A DNA stretch of 64,000 nucleotides from Eledone cirrhosa (taxonomy: Eukaryota): positions 10,292,001 through 10,356,000 of the forward strand of contig OZ024746.1 in the NCBI GenBank assembly GCA_964016885.1, read 5' to 3'. A model generated the notes under the pieces. It was not told the DNA's origin and did no database searches. It saw only the letters and a list, made by a program, of their open reading frames with translations. Made by a program: the position numbers and the translations under genes. This document shows positions 25,181 to 38,006 of the stretch, piece after piece (within the stretch, counting starts at the first letter, position 1; every line of letters begins with the position of its first letter).

Positions 25181-26354
25181 TTAAGTTGTTCAGAATATTA
25201 ATGCAAGTTTTATATTTGTAATTGTTTCAACATGTTTTACGTGTGATAAATCTATTTTAAGCTTCTTTAGGGCTTTTACTACGTAATCTGTTTTTAATAT
25301 AAATTACATTTTTGTCAATTTTCAGATCAGTCAAGATGTCAAAACGAGATTTTTGCCAAATTTATTTCTGTAAGTTTAAGCTCGTCCACAGTGCAGCAAA
25401 GCACAAACTTCTAGAAACATCAATGAAGTTTGGGAAGTGCTAAAGAGTGCACAGTGCAATGTGGGTGTCAAAAATTCTATCGTAGTCAATGCCTTATTGA
25501 AGATAAGGAAGGCAGCAGAGGTCATTCTGCCTTTGGCAATTATGAATTCAAGGCTTTGCTGGAAGCAAATCTTCATAACTCTTCGAGAGCTTGCAGGAGA
25601 GCTAGATGTATGCTTTGGAACAATTTCTGAATATTTGAACCAAATTATAAGATCAAAAAACCTTAAAAAATGGGTGCCACACAAACTGATCGATAACTAG
25701 AAAAATTACCATAATGAAGACTGTTCTTCCCTTTTTTATGCAACAAAAGCATTTCTTGATTGCATTGTAACGTTCAGCACAGTGGTTGGACTGAGATAAA
25801 GCTTCTAAACATTTCCCAAAGACAGTTGCACCAAAAAGGTTCATAGTTACTGTTTGATGGAGTACAACCAGATTAATCCACTACAGCTTTCTGAGTATCA
25901 CAGCAGTGAATATTGTCACAAAATTGATGAGATGCATCAAACATTGCAGCATATGGGCCCAGCATTGGTCAATAAAAAAGGTGCAATCCTCTTGCATAAG
26001 AATGCTTGATCACACATCACATAATCAATACTCCTGAAGATGAATAAATTGTGCTACAAAACTGTCTTATCCAACAGACTCACTGGAGTCTTTACCAATG
26101 ACTTTATCCAACATTACAATAACTTCTTGCAGGGAAAAGTCTTCAACAATACAGCTACAAAAAATGCCTTTGAAGAATTCATTGACTCCAGAACTTCAGA
26201 ATTCTATATTACCGAAATAAATATACTTGTTTCTTTTGGCAAAATGTGTAAATTCTAATCGTTTTTATTTCGATCAATAAATTTTTTTCTGGGCTGAGAG
26301 ATGTAATTTTAAAGTTAATGTTTAAAAAAACTGCATTAATATCTGAACAACTAT
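25181..26354 (+). mobile_element. Decayed mariner element
   Basis: Imperfect ~30-bp TIRs (AGTTGTTCAGAATATTAATGCA / TGCATTAATATCTGAACAACT), WVPHKL motif, IHYSFL and ILLHKNA remnants; many stops. Confidence 0.8.
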
Positions 26355-26407
26355 ATATTATATATATCAAACACCTTGTCTTAACACAATAAAAAAAAAA
26401 AAGTATG

Positions 26408-26615
26408 CTATGAGGTATACCAATGCAAGCAACCTCCTTTTTGACTTGTTATAAGCCATAATTGATCAACTGAGTGGAAAATTGTAACACTAGAAATATT
26501 AGAACAATAAACAGATGCCATTAAATAACCTGAGAACAGATCCCAAAGTCCAAGGATGTTTTCATCAAATGATACAAAGGTCTTATCAAATACTTGAGCC
26601 GATGGTGTTTTCAAG
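26408..26615 (-). CDS. PALB2: PALB2-like gene, exon 9 (last coding exon, WD40 end)
   Basis: Acceptor AG at 26617-16. Reads ...LGLWDLFSG...LITSQKGGCLHWYTS*, resembling human IAIWDLLLG...LLAGQKDGNIFVYHYS*. An alternative donor is possible at 26420. Confidence 0.78.
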
Positions 26616-27218
26616 CTAAGAAAGCAAGAGAAAAAGAGTTAAATAACTATGAAAAACACAAATTTATAAAATATCAAATACATACAAACATCATCATCTT
26701 CATCACCTCCACCATTTTACATCTATTTTCCATGCTTGCATGGACAGCTTATCTTATTCTGTGACTAACTAAACCAGTCAAATGGCCAAATACATTCTAT
26801 TTTGGCATAGTTTCTTCAACTGGAAACTCTAACACCAACCATTTTACAGAAGTTATATGACTGATAAGAAAATACACATTTATCTACCAAAATATACATA
26901 TCAGTGGTGATGAAGTATTGGCCAAGTCAGTAGAACATAAAACTACTTTGCAGTATTTGTTTTAGCACACTGCAGTTGTGTCAAAGATATGACAACCACA
27001 CCTAGTGCTGATGCCACAATAAAACACACCCAGTATACTTTGTAGAGTATTAGAATGCATGTAAGCAAGATGCAGTCCCTAGTCCATCTGAGAGGTCAGG
27101 GGCTCTGGCTAAGTACTAAGTCTGATGACCCATCTTACCCTTGCTGATAAGGAAAGCAGGCATATGATGATGATGATGCTGCTGCAATATAGTTAAAATA
27201 AAATTATAGCATACACAC

Positions 27219-27346
27219 CTTGCATTAAAGTGTGGAATGTTTTCATATGAAAGTAGTTTGTTGACTGTCAATGTAGTTGGATTAAAAGCAACAAAGCACC
27301 CTACTTCAAAGTCTTCTTGGAATAACACTGGAAATATTACATGACC
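27219..27346 (-). CDS. PALB2: PALB2-like gene, exon 8
   Basis: AG/GT bounded, phase 0->2. GHVIFPVL...FVAFNPTTLTVNKLLSY resembles human GLLFIVL...LIVINPKTTLSVGVMLY. Confidence 0.82.
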
Positions 27347-28444
27347 CTAGAAAAATACACAAGAATTGTGGTCATATATTTTATATATATATTTCTCTAT
27401 GTAAATATGTATAACTGCATGAATATTTTGATGTAGATTTACTGTTAGTGTGTTTTATGCTCTTCCTAACATATGCCTTATCATAGGCATGGCTGTGTGG
27501 TGAAGAATTCTGCTTTGCCACCACATGGTTTAGGGTTTGAATCCACTACACAGCACCTTCAACATGATCTACTGTAGTCTCAGGTTAACCAATAATTTCT
27601 GGATGGAATTTAGTCAACTAAGTCCAAATTTACCTTCCCTCATTTCCAAGTCAATAAAATAAAGCATCAATCCATGGTAGTGGATTGATGACGTGAGAGC
27701 ATCAAATGAGATGTCTTGAATCTGTTCCAGCACTTTGCTTTCTGAGTACAAATTACACCGTAGGATTCTCACCATTAGCCAAAGCTAATCACCTACTCCA
27801 GACTCACAATGGTTTATGAAAATTGCCAAAGGTGGAAGATTGTGATCAACTAATACTGCTAGAGTCAAATGTAGGCTCCTCATCTTCTCAAATTAAGTTT
27901 GTTTTTGTTTTAAAATACTTACCACATATATTCCAGTTTTTAGAATAGGAAAACCATATTCCTGCTTGTCATAAGAGGTGACTAAAAAGGTTGGCATCAA
28001 GAAGGGTATCTGGGCGTAAAACACACAAAACATACATGCATGTAAATTCTGATAGTAGCCGCAATAGAAGTGAGCAAGTTTATCTTGCTTAGAGCCAAAT
28101 ACTAGCTATTCCTCTGCAGTTATCCCTATATACTAATGAAGTGATCACAGCTATACCAGTAATCTAATACCTTAACAACTAAGCCACCATGAAAAAGAAA
28201 ATAATGGTTTCTAATTTAGGCACAAGACCTATAATTTGAGAGCAGTAGGGAGTCAATTAAATTGACCCCAATACTTGATTGGTACTTGACTGTCTTTTAT
28301 CCTTCCAGGGTCAATAAAATGGCCCCCAGCAGGATTTGAACTCGGTAAAACATTTTGTCTGACACAAAGATTCTGCCAATTCACCACCCATGTAATAATA
28401 TATTTTAAATGTTCAATGGAAATTATATCAATACATTTACTTAC

Positions 28445-28535
28445 TTCCAGAGACATAGCTGTGGGTACATAACAACAATGTTCATTGATATCAGCCAAAG
28501 GTACTTTTATCAACAACAGGTTTGTATTATGGTTC
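28445..28535 (-). CDS. PALB2: PALB2-like gene, exon 7
   Basis: tttag|...|gtaagt, phase 2->0. (W)NHNTNLLLIKVPL resembles human WNLKTGQLLKKMHI. Confidence 0.85.
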
Positions 28536-29063
28536 CTAAAAATAAAAACAAAAATTCTGACAATATAGGTTACTGTATAAGTTAGAATTTTCAAAATTAC
28601 TATATTTAATGTATGTATGTGTTGATGTTCTCACTTATGCTGTACAGTTGAAGTCATAACTACTACACAAAGACTGAATGTGCCTTAACTGAGTAGTGAA
28701 AACACCTCTGGCCCTCAGCAGTCAGCAATCTGTTAATGTTGCCAGTTTTAAGACTCAATCTACTTCTGAGATTAGTAAACAGCAAGAGACACTAATATTT
28801 CTATATTAAGCCAATATGATCACCATAACACTAAAACTACTTAATAACAATCATCATCATTTAATGCCCATTTTCCCTGCTAGCAAAGGTTGGATGGGTC
28901 ATCACAAATCAAGTCAGTCCCTACTCGAGGCTACTGACCTCTAAAATTATCATGGCACCAGTATGAGCAAAGTGGCATGCCTTTTACACAAGTTTTCTAC
29001 GGTTGGATGCCCTTCTTATAATAATAATAAGAAGAAGAATGTTAATTCAAGTGCTAAACTTAC

Positions 29064-29285
29064 CATATTAATAAAACATTGGTAACTGTTAATCCAATAA
29101 GACCTGCAGGCAACCTTTGGATAGTAGCTAATGAGAGAAGTTTTTCAGAAGTAAATTCTAAACTACTCTCTTCTTTTACAGCAGTAAAATCTTCTAATAG
29201 ATGTATTTTAGAGATTTTCATATCCTCATTCTTTGATGTAGAAGCTACAGCAAGTTCAAAGCTGTTTAATGAGCAGTAGATTATT
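29064..29285 (-). CDS. PALB2: PALB2-like gene, exon 6
   Basis: tacag|...|gtaag, phase 2->2. LLSLATIQRLPAGLIGLTVTNVLLIW resembles human [26 protein letters not shown]. Confidence 0.85.
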
Positions 29286-30586
29286 CTGTAGAGAACAAAG
29301 ATTATTTTCATTATTAGCCACAAGGGGGACAAATGAGAGGAAATTATAACAAAGTACAGAATCACTGGGGTTTACTTAGAATCAATTATAAAAATAAAAA
29401 AAAATAGGTATAGAAAAGTACAGTTCACAAAAGAAATGAAATGAGACAAAAGGAGAACAATCACCTGGGATTAATCAAGGACCCTAACAGATCCAGACTA
29501 CTAAGGGTAAGTGCCCTCTCCTGATTGAGTTCTTCAGTCTATAGTCACATGCTAAGAGGAGGCCCATTCACCTGGGCCATTTTCACCCAACCACCCTTCT
29601 GCAAATTTACTGGAGGAGAGTATCTCACTTTTATCTCCAAGTTGAACTTTGAAGTTGATAAAGGTCTTGATCAAAGAAAAATGTGTTTTTTCTCAGTTTT
29701 TTCAATCTCATCTATCACAGCTCTTTCACCAAACCCCAAACAGCCTGTATCTTTCTGGTCAAAGGAAGGTGACAATCTTCACAATGGACTTGGTACACAT
29801 GACAACAGCTCTTATACATAACCCCACATATCAACAATGCTCAGATACTGAATGGTTTCATCACTACTTACATCTCAGACAAGCTTGACAGTCAGAACTA
29901 CAATGCTTATAGCCTGTTTTGTTTTTCTTTCAGTACATATTCCATTTTGTACAAACACAATTTATATAATATATATAATAGAAATATTTAAAATAAACAA
30001 ATCAATAGAAATCAAAGAAAAAGAAAGTAGCATTGCAAAAGACTATGAGAGGAAGAGGAGGAAAAGAGTCAGGATTATTAAGCAAAGAAAGGAGGAAAGG
30101 GAGAGGGTGAAAGGTAATTCTTACATCAGGGGTGTTTCAGCTGCACCTTGCAGACAAAATGTGATTCTTTGGAACTTCTTTCACTCAATCATCATCAGCC
30201 ATATACATCCCATGTCCATACCAACAGTCTTCCCTCCTTCATACTACATTTAATTTCTTCTTATACCTTCTTTTTTAGTTCTTTTGCTCCCTGTGGAACA
30301 CTGGGCAAACCCTATCACAGGCCTACTCCCAGGCTAAACCCATGTTTTCATCCATAGCCCTCAAGGCCTGGTTTACAGCTATGAGCTGTATGTGAAATTA
30401 TTACAAACATCTAATTGCTTTTATTTTATTTTAAATATTAAGTCTAAGAGGTCAGTAACCAAGCTTGAGTGAAAATCCATCTAAACCTTGCTAGCAGGGA
30501 AAACAGATGTTAAATAATGATATCAAAATACTACCAGGATATAAAAGAAAATTGATAATCGAATTAAAAAGAAAATATCAACATAC

Positions 30587-30759
30587 TGATCATGTGAAAG
30601 AGAGACCACTGATGTAACTGTCACAGATATGTTTCTTTTACTAAGGCCTTGGAATGTATAAAGTATTAGACTGTGGTTCCTTTCAGCCTTTAACCCTACA
30701 ACTGCAACACACACAGCACTGTCATAAGGATGAAGAGTTGCAGTGGAACATTCCTCAAG
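30587..30759 (-). CDS. PALB2: PALB2-like gene, exon 5
   Basis: ctttcag|LEECSTATLHPYDSAVCVAVVG...|gtatgt, phase 0->2, compatible with both neighbouring exons. Confidence 0.78.
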
Positions 30760-30899
30760 CTGAAAGCAGAAGAGGAGTCTCAGTAATAGCTAAATGAATA
30801 GTAAAGCAAATGTGTGTGTCTGTGTGTGTGTATCTATTAGAAAGTGAGGTTTTTTTTTATAAAATAAAAAATAAGCGAGGTGTCCTACACGAGTGAAAG

Positions 30900-31173
30900 T
30901 ATAAGGAAAAAAGATGAAATCGAAAATGCAACTGGAGTCTTATTTTTTTTAAATATATATTTATTTGGTTCCTTTACCGGTTTCGCAGTTCTTCTGCTTT
31001 TCAAAAGTAGAATCGAGATATGAGAAAAACCACAGACCCTCCATCTCAATTCTACTTTTGAAAAGCAGAAGAACTGCGAAACCGGTAAAGGAACCAAATA
31101 AATATATATTTAAAAAAAAAAATTAAAAAAAAAGACTCCAGTTGCATTTTCGATTTCATCTTTTTTCCTTATA
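30900..31173. repeat. Fold-back element (~120-bp arms) with a hammerhead-like fold in each arm
   Basis: Near-perfect inverted repeat with a ~20-bp loop. Each arm contains TTGAAAA-gcag(aagaa)ctgc-GAAA-ccgg-TA. Confidence 0.85.
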
Positions 31174-31499
31174 TATATATATATGGGCATCTGTGACTGC
31201 ATGTCTTTAGGTGTATCTATGTATGCACAAATATCTGTGTGCATGCATGTCTATGCGTGTGTAAGAGCATGCATCTATGCATGTGCGTATCTGCATGTGT
31301 GCTTTTTTAATGACATTTGGAATAAGAGAGATGAGTTGCTTCACAGGATGTTTACAATACCCATCACCTCAGCAGGTAAATTAAAAGCTGAGACAATGTT
31401 GACAGTATTATCAGCCTCAGAACTTATAACCTAATTGTTGTTCTAATATTAATACATCTGATCTCTACAATCAGTAATGGTGGTAACTCAATGACAAAC

Positions 31500-31850
31500 T
31501 AGATGACAGGATGAGCAAGACTAGCTCAGCAGATGGAAAGTTGAAAGAGCAACTGTAGAACAACAAGTATATGTTAGTGGAACGAAGTGCAAAGTATACC
31601 AAGCAATACTATTATCCACTCCGTCATATGGATTGGAAGCATACGATATACCAGAAGTAGGCAAAATAAAATTTTTTTTTAAATGCAAGTATTCTTGATG
31701 AAACACCCAAGGCAGACCATGAACATTACATAAAAGATGTAGTCAAGAACACTCATCTAGAGAGAGCCAAGCTCCTTAACATTGTTTAAGGTTCAAAGAC
31801 ATATTGGTGCAACATCTTTGAATATGCCTGGATATATTGAAAGACGGGAG
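31500..31850 (+). mobile_element. Old RTE-like LINE fragment (intronic)
   Basis: TKCKVYQAILLSTPSYGLEAY resembles the RTE motif TK.KVY.A.VL.TLLYG.ETW. Confidence 0.5.
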
Positions 31851-32597
31851 GTAAGTTTGTGGCTAAGACAAATACTTTACTCACTGTTGAGTGGTAGGAC
31901 AGGGGAAAAAAAAAAAAAAAAAATCAGAGTAACTCCTGACTGAGTTAAAAGTAACATGAGAGTATTAAACTTTCATTGCTAAAATTGGATCAGAGCAGTT
32001 GAAAACAAACCATTATGGACAGGGGGACATTTCACTTCTGATACTTGGAATGGGACTGTCAGTTTCAATGATGAGTGCTTCTGTTGTTAGAGTCACAAAA
32101 TAGTTTGCTCATGAAATTGACATGTAAGTGGCTGAGCATTCCACAGACACGTATATCCTTAACATAATTTTGAGGGAGATTCAACACGATACAATATGTG
32201 ACAGGGCTAGACCTTAGAATTACAGATACAGTTGATCCAAATAGCTTCCATTTACCTGATTTCTCTCACTAGGTATGGGTCAACCTAAGGCTTTGATAAA
32301 TGGCCAAGATGCAAATAATTTGCTTAAACTTTTATCCAGTGTTAATAAATATTTGCTCTACAGCTTTTATATATATATATATAAACGTCCATCTTCCACG
32401 CTAATATATATATATATATATTAGTGTGGAAGATGGACGTTAAACGATGATGATATATACAACCTTTACCAAGTCCTTTCTGGATTTTGGTCTTTCTATT
32501 TATTACTACCACACAATTTTAAAAGCATTCCTGTATAAACTGACAAACTTCTCTTCCAGTATTTCAAACTTCATGAAAATTAAAAAATAAAGCTTAC

Positions 32598-32774
32598 ATG
32601 TTGAGAAACTTTCCACTGGTAGATTATGTGCCAGTCGTTCTCAGTATATGTCCAGAATAGAATTTTCGATTTGGTGACACCTACTAAATAATTCTCACAT
32701 GCGGTAATGTCTCTATGAATTGAAACACTACAACTTGTATTCAAAAGACTGACAACTTCATTAAGATCAGGAAT
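32598..32774 (-). CDS. PALB2: PALB2-like gene, exon 4 (start of WD40)
   Basis: ttcacag|IPDLNE...KILFWTYTENDWHIIYQWKVSQH|gtaag, 177 bp, phase 0->0. Resembles human [22 protein letters not shown]. Confidence 0.82.
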
Positions 32775-34285
32775 CTGTGAAAGAAAAACAAAAGAAAAAT
32801 TTAAATATACATTTTGCTTTATATGAAATGAAATTTATATTCATTGAATTTTTTTTTTTTTAATTCTAAGTTTATAACCCATTGTTTTACAGACAGAAAA
32901 AGTAATATTCAGTTACTTTAAAACTGTTTAGAGATTACACACACACAAAGAGAGAGGTGATACACAACACTGCTCAGAAAATGCTGATTTCTGGTATGAA
33001 AGTATTTTAGAATATTTTTTCGATTTACATTGGTATTCCATGAATTCTAAAAACAAAACTATAACTTTTTTGACAGATCAAAGTGTTCATGTGACAGACG
33101 GACAAAAGGTTGTATAGTTATAATATAGATTGTCGTAGGTCAGTCGATCTGAGAAAAACACATATTTCCAGTTATTCAAGCTTCAAGCACTTATCTGACT
33201 AGTTTAATAATGAATAATGAAAAGAAAATGGTTTGCTACTTAGGTGAATACGCTGGGCAATGGTTTTGTGCAAGAAAACCAAGTAAACCACAACCAAAAG
33301 TAAATCTTTGTTCTATAAAGGCTTTGCATCCTGTCTTGATGAGTTAGAGGAAAAGATGGAAAGGTCCCTTAATTCCTGATAGTCAAAGGGGAATCATCCC
33401 AACACAACCCGTTTTAGTCATTTTAAACTTGGCAGTGCCCATCCCTCTCAAAGTCTCAACACAGCCAATTTCTTTTAGAAATCAATAGAAGAAATCAACC
33501 CTGGTATTTTATTTATTGATCACAAAAGGATGAAAGACTAAGTTTAAGATGACCTTGGCAGGAATTGAAATCGGAGTGCACCGAACTGGAACAAATACAG
33601 ACGACCTAAAAACTTAATTCGACCTAAAAACTGTTAATTCAACTCCTTTTGACAGGATAAAATAAGTAAAATATACTACTGAATCACTAGAAGCTATCCA
33701 TACAATGACTGCTAAAATATTTTGTCAACAAATGAACTGAGTAAACATTCTATTAAAATGAAAAAAAAAAAAAATGTCTTCTATTATAACCTATATTTCC
33801 ATGAGCCAATGAAGAAGTTTCTACAATAGTTTCACAATATCTTTTTGGTACTACCATCTCGTTTTAGAGAATGTATTTCTGCTGGAATAAGTGGGCAAAG
33901 GCCTTTAATGGATAGTGAGATTTAATTATATAAACACTTAATACATCAATAAATAACCTGATAGTGGAAAAGATACAAATGGGGCCTGAAGACAGCTACG
34001 AATGAGGCATGAAAACAGGTTTTTTTTTTTAAAACGTTTTTCAAGGAAGGACCTGCCAAAATTGAGGTGTTTCATAAACCAGTGCATCTTACAAGCTATC
34101 AATTAAGTTTGGAGATGTTAACAGATTGAAAGCAAAACATCTTGAGATTTTTTTTTGGGGGGGGGGGGGGGGGGGGGGGGGGGACCAATTTTGGGGTATA
34201 TTTAAAATTCATCAAAATACACTTTATTAAAAATATAATTAAAATATTAAATTACATTACATGCAATAGAAAATAAGTTATTTAC

Positions 34286-35491
34286 CATTTCAGTTTTAGT
34301 TAATTTCAAATCACAGAATGTTTGGCAATCACATAATGAAAAAGTATTTTTTTTTAACTGTTTTACAACAAGTTTGTCAGGTATGACAGATGTATGATGC
34401 AATTGGTTTACTTTAGACTCGGTTTTAGCATGATCTGAAGATAAACTTCCCATTTCAATAGACTCGTTCTCAGTTTCTATTGTTTGCTCAACATTTGGAT
34501 TTAAACAAAAACATTGTGAAGCCTGGGAAGATATTTTCTCATCTGAGTTGCACACCCGATCTGAGCTGAAGATAGAAGCTGAAGAGTTAATTATCTGGTG
34601 GGAATCGGTACTACTAGTTACCTCTTTCCTAAACAATGAAGCTGAAGCTGTCTGATTCTTCATGCAGTTATCATTACTGTCCAAATTACTACTTACTTCA
34701 TGACATTTCTGTGGAATATTATTGACTTTTTTTCCACAACACAATACTTCATTTGAAACTAATTCCTCATCAGGTTTGGAAATATGGTTAGAGTCAAAAT
34801 GGGTTTTGTTAGTACTTGTTAAATCATTACCACTATCAGTTCTAAATTGATTACATTCAAATTCACTTTGTTCTTCAGTATGTGGTGATCCTTGTAATCG
34901 AGGAACTGCCAATGTTTTTCCTTCATTAACTTGTTTTATGGAGGATATTAAATCAGAATTTTCTGTGACATTTGTAGAAATGGTTACTTTTGTTAATGTC
35001 TCACTAGTTTCATCAGGGATTATTTTCTTTGGAGAATCACCAGCAGTAACTGAATTAGATAAACACATTGTTTCCAATTCGTGCTGACTGAGATTTTCAT
35101 TCCTTGTTTTTAATGAGGTTTTTAATGTATTTGTAGATACAGATGAACACACAGAATCTTGAGATGATTCAAGATCACTGTCAGCTGTTTTCAGTAGCTG
35201 TGAGGGTAAAGGAGAGTTTGTTTTAGAAACAACAACTTCTGTTTCAGTGAGATTAGTTTTTGGATGCAAAGAATTGGAAGAAATGTCCTCTAAGTTTTCA
35301 GTTTGATAGGTATCAATAGAAGAAAAATTTATTTCATTTGTTATCGTTTTAACCCAGGAACTATTAATTTCAGCTTTATTATCACAGAGTTCTTTATTCT
35401 TCACTTCCCATTGAGCAGAGTATGTACGTAATTGCTTTGTGATTTTTTTCTTGCACGATGCTTCTTGAGAATTCTTGGCTTGGATTGCAAG
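34286..35491 (-). CDS. PALB2: PALB2-like gene, exon 3 (large Ser/Thr/Asn-rich disordered region)
   Basis: 1206-bp stop-free exon, tttgtag|LAIQAKNS...LKLTKTEM|gtaaat; it overlaps the 385-aa ORF in the track. Confidence 0.85.
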
Positions 35492-35944
35492 CTACAAATG
35501 AAAATATAAAAAGAAAATTTTTTAATCATCAATATGAAAAGTTTCTATATTACTAAATCTAGGATTTTCAATAATTACAGAAACCTCCCTACTTTAATTT
35601 CTCCCATGTTAATTTATTATTATTGTTGTGCTAATAGGAAGTAGATAGGTAGAGTTGTTAGAGAACTGAAGAAAATGCCTCACAATATTTGTTCTGGCAT
35701 TTTATGTTCAAATCACATCAAAATCATGACTGTCTTTCATCTTTCTGTGGTTGTAGTTGATTAAATGTATCACAGATTTCCCTTTTTCTAATGATCTAAC
35801 ATTAAGAAATATTAAAATATCACTACAAACACTCCAGTACTATCATACAAATAGGAAAGCTGATAGGGAGAAACTGAAATGGAGTAAAATCGAAATTCTG
35901 TTGATTACCAATCAATTGAAAATAAAATGTTCCAGATTACTTAC

Positions 35945-36004
35945 TTCAAGTTTCTTTTTTTTCCGTGCATACTCTCTTTTCATAAGTAGCAGTTGTTTAT
36001 AAAG
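35945..36004 (-). CDS. PALB2: PALB2-like gene, exon 2 (coiled coil)
   Basis: 60-bp phase-0 exon LYKQLLLMKREYARKKKKLE versus human [20 protein letters not shown]; ttgcag and gtaagt splice sites. Confidence 0.85.
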
Positions 36005-36299
36005 CTGCAACAAGAAAAGTAAAAACTTTGTAAGGTTTTGAGACAGAAATTCATTGAGATGTCTGAGGAAATATATTCAACCCTTTCATGATCATGTTTC
36101 TAATGAAATACACTGTCCATGCGTTTCAGTTAATTTTTAGAATAAATCAGGAATTGAAAAGAATTTATTAAAATAACTGTCTTCCATTATCAAGTTGCTG
36201 CTTTTACACATAATTTGGAGAGCAGATTTAAATTTGAATAAAATACTTTAAAATGGACAGTTTTATATCATAAAACTGGAGGTGGTTTCAAGCAGGTTG

Positions 36300-36570
36300 G
36301 TATCAAACTCTTCTGATTGCCGAATGCTGAAGCTGGCACATTACTGCACCAGCTCCTGCAATTCTTGCACTTAATTTAGCCTCCTCCCTTCCATCACTTG
36401 TAAACACAGCCCCAAGACACTCAAACTTCTCTACCTGCTTCAGTGGATCTCCATTCACATGTAGAGTGCACTGCACAGACAAGTGTCTCAGTTTTCCATG
36501 CACCGATTTTCATTCCAGCCCTGCAACACTCGACATCAAATCTATCAAGCGCAAATCGGAGATCACCTTG
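36300..36570 (-). mobile_element. RTE-like LINE RT fragment in PALB2 intron 1
   Basis: LHVNGDPLKQVEKFECLGAVFTSDGR...ARIAGA. Confidence 0.75.
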
Positions 36571-37963
36571 TCAAGTTAAGTAACACCATGTTGAGAGGCT
36601 TAATAATGAGATCCTTCTGTAATTGGAACAATCTTTCTTGCCTTTTATTACCAGATTTCTAATAAAAGCTATTGCCCATGATTTTCAAATAATTTTGAAA
36701 TTAATCAAGAATTTGGTATGATTTAATAATACAACAAACTTTCTCTGGAACATATTGGTTCTTAAATGAAATTATGATTATAAATATACAACCAGAGACA
36801 ATTTCAGATGGTTTCGTATTAAGAGGGTAATTGAATAACTCGTGAGTTTTATGAAGAACTAATTTGTATTCTTTGCCCCTGTCCTCAACACTCTTTACCT
36901 TTTAACAAGCCTCATAGCATCCCCTTGCCTTCCAGTGTCCTTGAAACTCCTGGTGACACCAAGGGGGTGCTGACGCCCACTATAAGATTCATTGCTTTAG
37001 ACAAATTACAGATGCGTTCCATTAACGAAAAGAAACTCAGTAAGAATCAACATTTAAAAACAAATCCAATATATATGTGAACTTCACAAAAGAGACGACA
37101 TAGAACTGAGGTGATTGGCGATATGCCATAATACAACAGACACATTCACCTCTACAAACACTAGGACAGAAAAAGTAAATAGTTAGTGACCAGATGCTAC
37201 AGTGTTAGTCATCAGGATTTGAGAGGACCTCTCTTACTAGTCCAACCATATCTGCTTCCAATACCATATTTATGTCATTCCACTGTCCTTATCATTCATC
37301 TGAATATCAACAATAAAGACTTCCAGTTACTCTAGCTTTAAGTCTCCCTCTCTTATTAGTCGAAACATAGCTTCTGATACCACTCTACACTCCATTGAAT
37401 AACTCTTTAACTATGTCTTTTCCTGTATTGAGGACAGCTAGCCCGCTTCACTCCTCCAAAGTCATCATCCTCATTGCCTTCATTGAACATTGACGACATA
37501 TGTCTCAGAAGGCCAAAAGAACAGCCCTTTCATACAGACCGAGCCAATTCAAAATAAAACTTTAAAAAACATGACCCACTAACACAAAGGATTAGTTGAT
37601 AAATAAAACTGTATTCGTGAATGAATAATAATATTAATATTCGGTTTGTTTACAAGCAAACAGCCCCATTACATCATGTGTGTTTTGTAGCTGACCACTC
37701 ATGAGTACATTTAAGTATCCACCATGTTAGAACAAAAACAAATTTTGTTTTTAAAACATTGGGTGTTCGTTCTTTTACTTGTATTTTTTTTTTAACTCCA
37801 CCCACTATCTAATTCTTCTTTTAACCTATTTTTATTTTAAATTATAAATGGACAAAATACCGACAGCTCTGATAGGTTTCTTGTCAAACTCATAGCAGTA
37901 GAAACATTTGGCGACATGGTCCACAGAGTAACATGCCAAATAACTTTGGTCGAGGTGGAGCTG

Positions 37964-38006
<43 letters not shown>

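Noticed and set aside
29540-29900. Possible Tigger/pogo HTH remnant on the minus strand
   Set aside because: Only one weak motif (FAEGWL) supports it.
31350-31430. Possible extra PALB2 exon (VISSEADNTV...)
   Set aside because: The acceptor lacks a pyrimidine tract, the donor is ambiguous, and the flanking exons already join in phase.
34157-34183. Poly-G tracts (also ~16892 and ~18633) as functional G-quadruplexes
   Set aside because: Homopolymer lengths are unreliable and nothing else supports a function.
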